Shown here: positions 60,656 through 64,000 of the stretch, piece by piece
Position numbering within the stretch: position 1 is the first letter of the stretch
Layout of the letters: each line of letters starts with the position of its first letter
Assembly: GCA_963575745.1 (NCBI GenBank)
Contig: CAUYUJ010000002.1
Span: forward strand, 1,364,001-1,428,000
DNA length: 64,000 nucleotides
Source of the DNA: Prorocentrum cordatum
Taxonomy: Eukaryota
Reading direction: 5' to 3'
Translations under genes and position numbers: made by a program
Notes under the pieces: model-generated
Told to the model about the DNA's origin: nothing
Database searches by the model: none
The model's input: the letters and a program-made list of their open reading frames with translations, nothing else

Positions 60656-61173
60656 GAGGGCGGCGGCAGCATATCTTCAGACTGCCGCCGCTCACGGGGC
60701 GACTCCAGGAGTCATCGAGTGGCGGCAGTACGACGCCGTGAGATGAGGCCGCTGGCCCACCCCGCCTCGGGCCGTTCTGCCTGCGCGGGGTGCCGAGACC
60801 AGGGGCACCCACTCACGGGCGGGAGCACGCGGGTTTAAAAATCCTCTTCCTCCTCCTCGTCCTCCTCCTCCTCGTCCTCCTCCTCCTCCTCCAACTGCTC
60901 TAACCCCTCTCCCTCCTCCTCCTCCTCCTCCTCCTCCTCCTCCTCCTCCTCCTCCTCCTCCTCTCCTCCTCCTCCTACTGCTCCCATCTCTCCTCCTCCT
61001 CCTCCTCCTCCTCCTCCTCCCTCCTCCTCCCTCCTCCTCCTCCTCCTCCTCCTCCTCCTCCTGCTCCTCCTCCTGCTCCTGCTCCTGCTCCTCCTCCTCC
61101 TCCTCCTCCTCCTCCTCCTCCTCCTCCTCCGCCTCCCCGTCCAAGGCGACCCCCGCTCATCCCCAAGGTCGGC

Positions 61174-61285
61174 CCCAGAGGTCCGTGATGGCCCGGCGCA
61201 GGTTGGCGCGCGCGGTCGGCGGGTCGTCGGCGGCCCGCAGCCGCGCCTCTGCGCTGAGGCCCTGCAGCCAGGCAGCGGCCACCTC
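61174..61285 (-). CDS. Probable upstream exon of the same gene
   Basis: GAG|GAG acceptor, EVAAAWLQGLSAEARLRAADDPPTARANLRRAITDLW plus G, GC donor. Unique coding-like island between (CCT)n tracts; phase 0/1. Confidence 0.5.
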
Positions 61286-62333
61286 CTCGAGGGGGGATAG
61301 TGGCATCTGGGCGTCTGAGCGCCCTCGCCTCCTCCTCGTCATCCTCCTCCTCGTCCTCGTTGGTTTTCCGTCTCCCTCCTCCTCCTCCTCCTCCTCCTCC
61401 TCCTCCTCCTCCTCCTCCTCTTCCTTCTTCACCCCATCCCCTTCCCTTCCGATCACAGTCGTGGCCCTCCTCCTCCTCCTCCTCCTGGGCCTCCTCCTCG
61501 GCCTCCTCCTCCTCCGCCTCCTCCGCCTCCTCCTCCTCCTCCTCCTCCTCCTCACCTCCTCCTTCTTCACCCCATCCCCTTCCCTTCCGATCGCAGTCGT
61601 GGCCTCCTCGAAGACCTCCTCCTCCTCCTCCACATCCGCATCCTCATCCTCATCCTCATCCTCCTGTTGTTTTTCCGGCTCCTGTTTTTGATCCTCCTCC
61701 TGCTCCTGGTATTGTTAGTCCTCCCCCTCTTCTTACACCGCCTCTTCCTTCTCCTTCTCCTGGCCCGACGTGTCCGTTCTGAACACACTCATCCTCCTCG
61801 CATGTTCCTCGTCCTCCGCTGTGCGTCAGTCCTCCTGCGCCTCGCGTTCCATCATCCATGTTCACGCTCATCCTCCTACTGTCTGTGCTCTTCGTCCCTG
61901 TCGAGGCCCCGCAGCCGCGCGGCGGTTACCTCCTTGACGATTCGAGCATCGAGGATTCGAGGACCGAGGACGGCGACAACGGCGTCGTTTTTGTTGGAAT
62001 GATTGGGGCCTCGCCTGGAGAGAGAGAGAGAGAGAGACAGAAAAAAAGGAACAGACAGACAGACAGACAGACAGATAGACAGACAGACAGACGGAAGGAC
62101 GGACGGACAGACGGACAGACGGACAGACAGCGAGAGAGAGAGAGAGAAGGACAGAGTGCAAGGTCGAGAGCGGCGGGTCGCGCCACCCAGCTCGCCCGGC
62201 CGCGGCCACAAACCGACCGCACCCGAGCGGCACCGCCCGAAGGCAATGCCCGGCGAGCACCCGCACTCGAACATCACCTCCCCGCACGCAGGCCACCGAA
62301 GCGAGATTCACCAATCGTATGACGACCTACCAG

Positions 62334-62475
62334 ACCACCCCAACCCAACCCGAAGACCCGAGTTTCGGGCTGGAGATGGGTACGGGTTCCATATGTGGCT
62401 TCCCAATGTTCCCTGGCCCCCCCTCCCACTGGAAATGGAGGGCAAACTGAGGCCTTCGGGTTGGGTTGGGGTGGT
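62334..62475. mobile_element. MITE-like element with a 22-bp perfect inverted repeat
   Basis: ACCACCCCAACCCAACCCGAAG (62334-62355) and CTTCGGGTTGGGTTGGGGTGGT (62454-62475); no clear TSD. Confidence 0.65.
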
Positions 62476-62584
62476 TTATGAGTGGTGAATTAAACCTGCG
62501 CGCCCCCATGGCACACCAAGTCGGCATGGCGCTGCAACTACACCGCGCCGATGCACCCGGCCGGCGTCTCTCCAACGCGGCGGC

Positions 62585-62649
62585 CTGGCCCACGCGAGCG
62601 CACCTCCCGCAGCCGCCATCGTGCACCGCGCCGCCGAAGACGAGCTCGC
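62585..62649 (-). CDS. Possible upstream exon of the same gene
   Basis: TAG|GC acceptor, (G)ELVFGGAVHDGGCGRCARVGQ, CAG|GC donor. Phase 1/0 fits the chain. Confidence 0.4.
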
Positions 62650-62703
62650 CTAACGGCGGCGCCGCATCGGCACCGCCGAATTAGAACAAGTCGACGAACA
62701 AGT

Positions 62704-63531
62704 TCTCCTCCGTTCTCCTCCTCCTCCGCCTCGTCGTACTTCCTCCTCTCTCATCTTCCTCCTCTCTGCTCTTCCTCCTCCTCCTCATTCCTCCTCCTTC
62801 CTCCTCCTTCCTCCTTCATCCTCCTTCCTCCTCCTCTCTCCTCGTCCTCCTCTCTCCTCCTCGTCATCCTCCTTCCAGTTCCTTCCTCCTCCTCCTCCTC
62901 CTCCTCCTATCCTCTCTCCTCTCTCCTTTCTCCTATCTCCTTCTCCTGCTACTCATCCTCCTCCTCCGCCTCCTCCGCCTCCTCCTCCTCTTCCTTCTCC
63001 TCCTGCTCCTCCTGCTCCTCCTGCTCCTCCTGCTCCTCTCCCTCCTCCTCCTCCTTATCCTCCTCCTATTCCTCCCCCTCCTCCTCCTCCTCCTCCTCCT
63101 CCTCCCCCTCCTCATCCTCCTCTTCCTCCTCCTCCTCCTCCTCCTTCTCCTCCTCCTCCTTCCTCCTCCTCCTCCTCTTTGTCCTATTTCTCCACTCCCT
63201 CCTCTTTCCCCTCTTCCTCCTCTTCTTCCTCTTCCTACTCCTCCTCTTCCTCATGCTCCTCCTCCAACTTCTTCTCCTCCTCCTCCTCCTCCTCCTCCTC
63301 CTCCTCCTCCTTGTCCCCCCCTCCTCCTCCTCCTCCTCCTCCTCCTCCTCCTCCTCCTCCTCCTCCTCCTCCTCCTCCTCCTCCTATTCCTCCTCCTCCT
63401 CCTCCTCCTCCTCCTCCTCCTCCTCCTCCTGCTCCTCCTCCTCCTCCGCCTCCTCCTGCTCCTTCCTCTCTCTCCTCCTCCTCCTCCTCCTCCTCCTCCT
63501 CCTCCTCCTCCTCCTCCTCCTCCTCCTCCTC
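62704..63531. repeat. Degenerate (CCT)n tract (others at 60842-61130 and 61325-61660)
   Basis: Direct reading. Confidence 0.95.
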
Positions 63532-63683
63532 ACGCTCCTCCGACCACCCAAGCCACGACCTCCGAGCGCATGCCGACGCGGCAGTCTGGTAGTGCGCGCG
63601 GTGTGGGACCACCACGGCGCGCGAGGGCGGCGTGCTCTCAAGGGCCTTGCTGGCTCCTGCTTGCCGGCGGGGCGCCCCCTCAC

Positions 63684-63771
63684 CGAGGCGAGTCGGGAGG
63701 CGCTGGGCCGCTTGGCGAGGGGGCTCTGGCCAGGCACCTCCCAAGCGACGCGGGACTGGGACGCCGGCCGC
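63684..63771 (-). CDS. Possible upstream exon of the same gene
   Basis: AAG|GCG acceptor, AAGVPVPRRLGGAWPEPPRQAAQRLPTRL plus G, GTGAG donor. Phase 0/1 fits the chain; no motif support. Confidence 0.35.
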
Positions 63772-63897
63772 CTTGCCCGCAGAGGTCGCGACGTGAAGAG
63801 GCGGTGAGTGCCGCGCGAGGCGGCCGGGGCGCTCATCCTCCTCCTCTTCTTCTTCCTCCCTCACTCCCTGGACTTTGCCCGAGTGGCGGCAAAAAAA

Positions 63898-63910
63898 ATC
63901 ATCATCATCG

Positions 63911-63955
<45 letters not shown>

Positions 63956-64000
63956 CCATCACCATCACCATCACCATCATCATCATCACCACCATCATCA
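63898..64000. repeat. (CAT)n microsatellite preceded by A8
   Basis: Direct reading. Confidence 0.95.

Larger units (their letters stand above)
49551..60841 (+). mobile_element. Full-length ~11.3-kb non-LTR retrotransposon LINE-B inserted in (CCT)n
   Basis: SL 5' end, ORF1, ORF2 with APE-RT-CCHC-RNase H, a structured 3' UTR, TTTAAAAA, then (TCC)n. The TSD cannot be resolved inside the microsatellite. Confidence 0.93.

Noticed and set aside
49229..60672. Long antisense ORFs over LINE-B (and the plus-strand ORFs over LINE-A)
   Set aside because: Shadow frames of GC-rich coding sequence with no motifs.

Overview
GC-rich, microsatellite-dense eukaryotic DNA, almost certainly from a dinoflagellate: it carries dinoflagellate spliced-leader (DinoSL) copies and mostly GC-type splice donors. 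The GC-rich style suggests Prorocentrum, but that is only an inference. Most of the ORF track is noise from GC richness and trinucleotide repeats. (1) A minus-strand host gene for a dual-specificity/PTP-type phosphatase appears to span the whole window as up to 8 small phase-compatible exons. Its CX5R loop (VNCQMG|KNRS) is split by an intron of about 32.3 kb. (2) The introns hold two full-length, decayed APE-RT-CCHC-RNase H non-LTR retrotransposons: 5566-12150 (minus, 16-bp TSD) and 49551-~60841 (plus, inside a (CCT)n tract). Both begin with a spliced-leader sequence, which suggests LINEs whose 5' end is set by SL trans-splicing. (3) The larger LINE carries about 4.7 kb of extra coding sequence: a helical domain present three times, a 65-aa repeat and an 11-aa PQRGEGL repeat. 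(4) Other content: an SL/relict-SL-headed retrocopy, a CRE-type RLE fragment, a truncated LINE tail, a decayed ISXO2/Merlin-like transposase, several MITEs, satellites and a recent 5.5-kb tandem duplication. All assignments come from reading motifs by eye; no searches were run.
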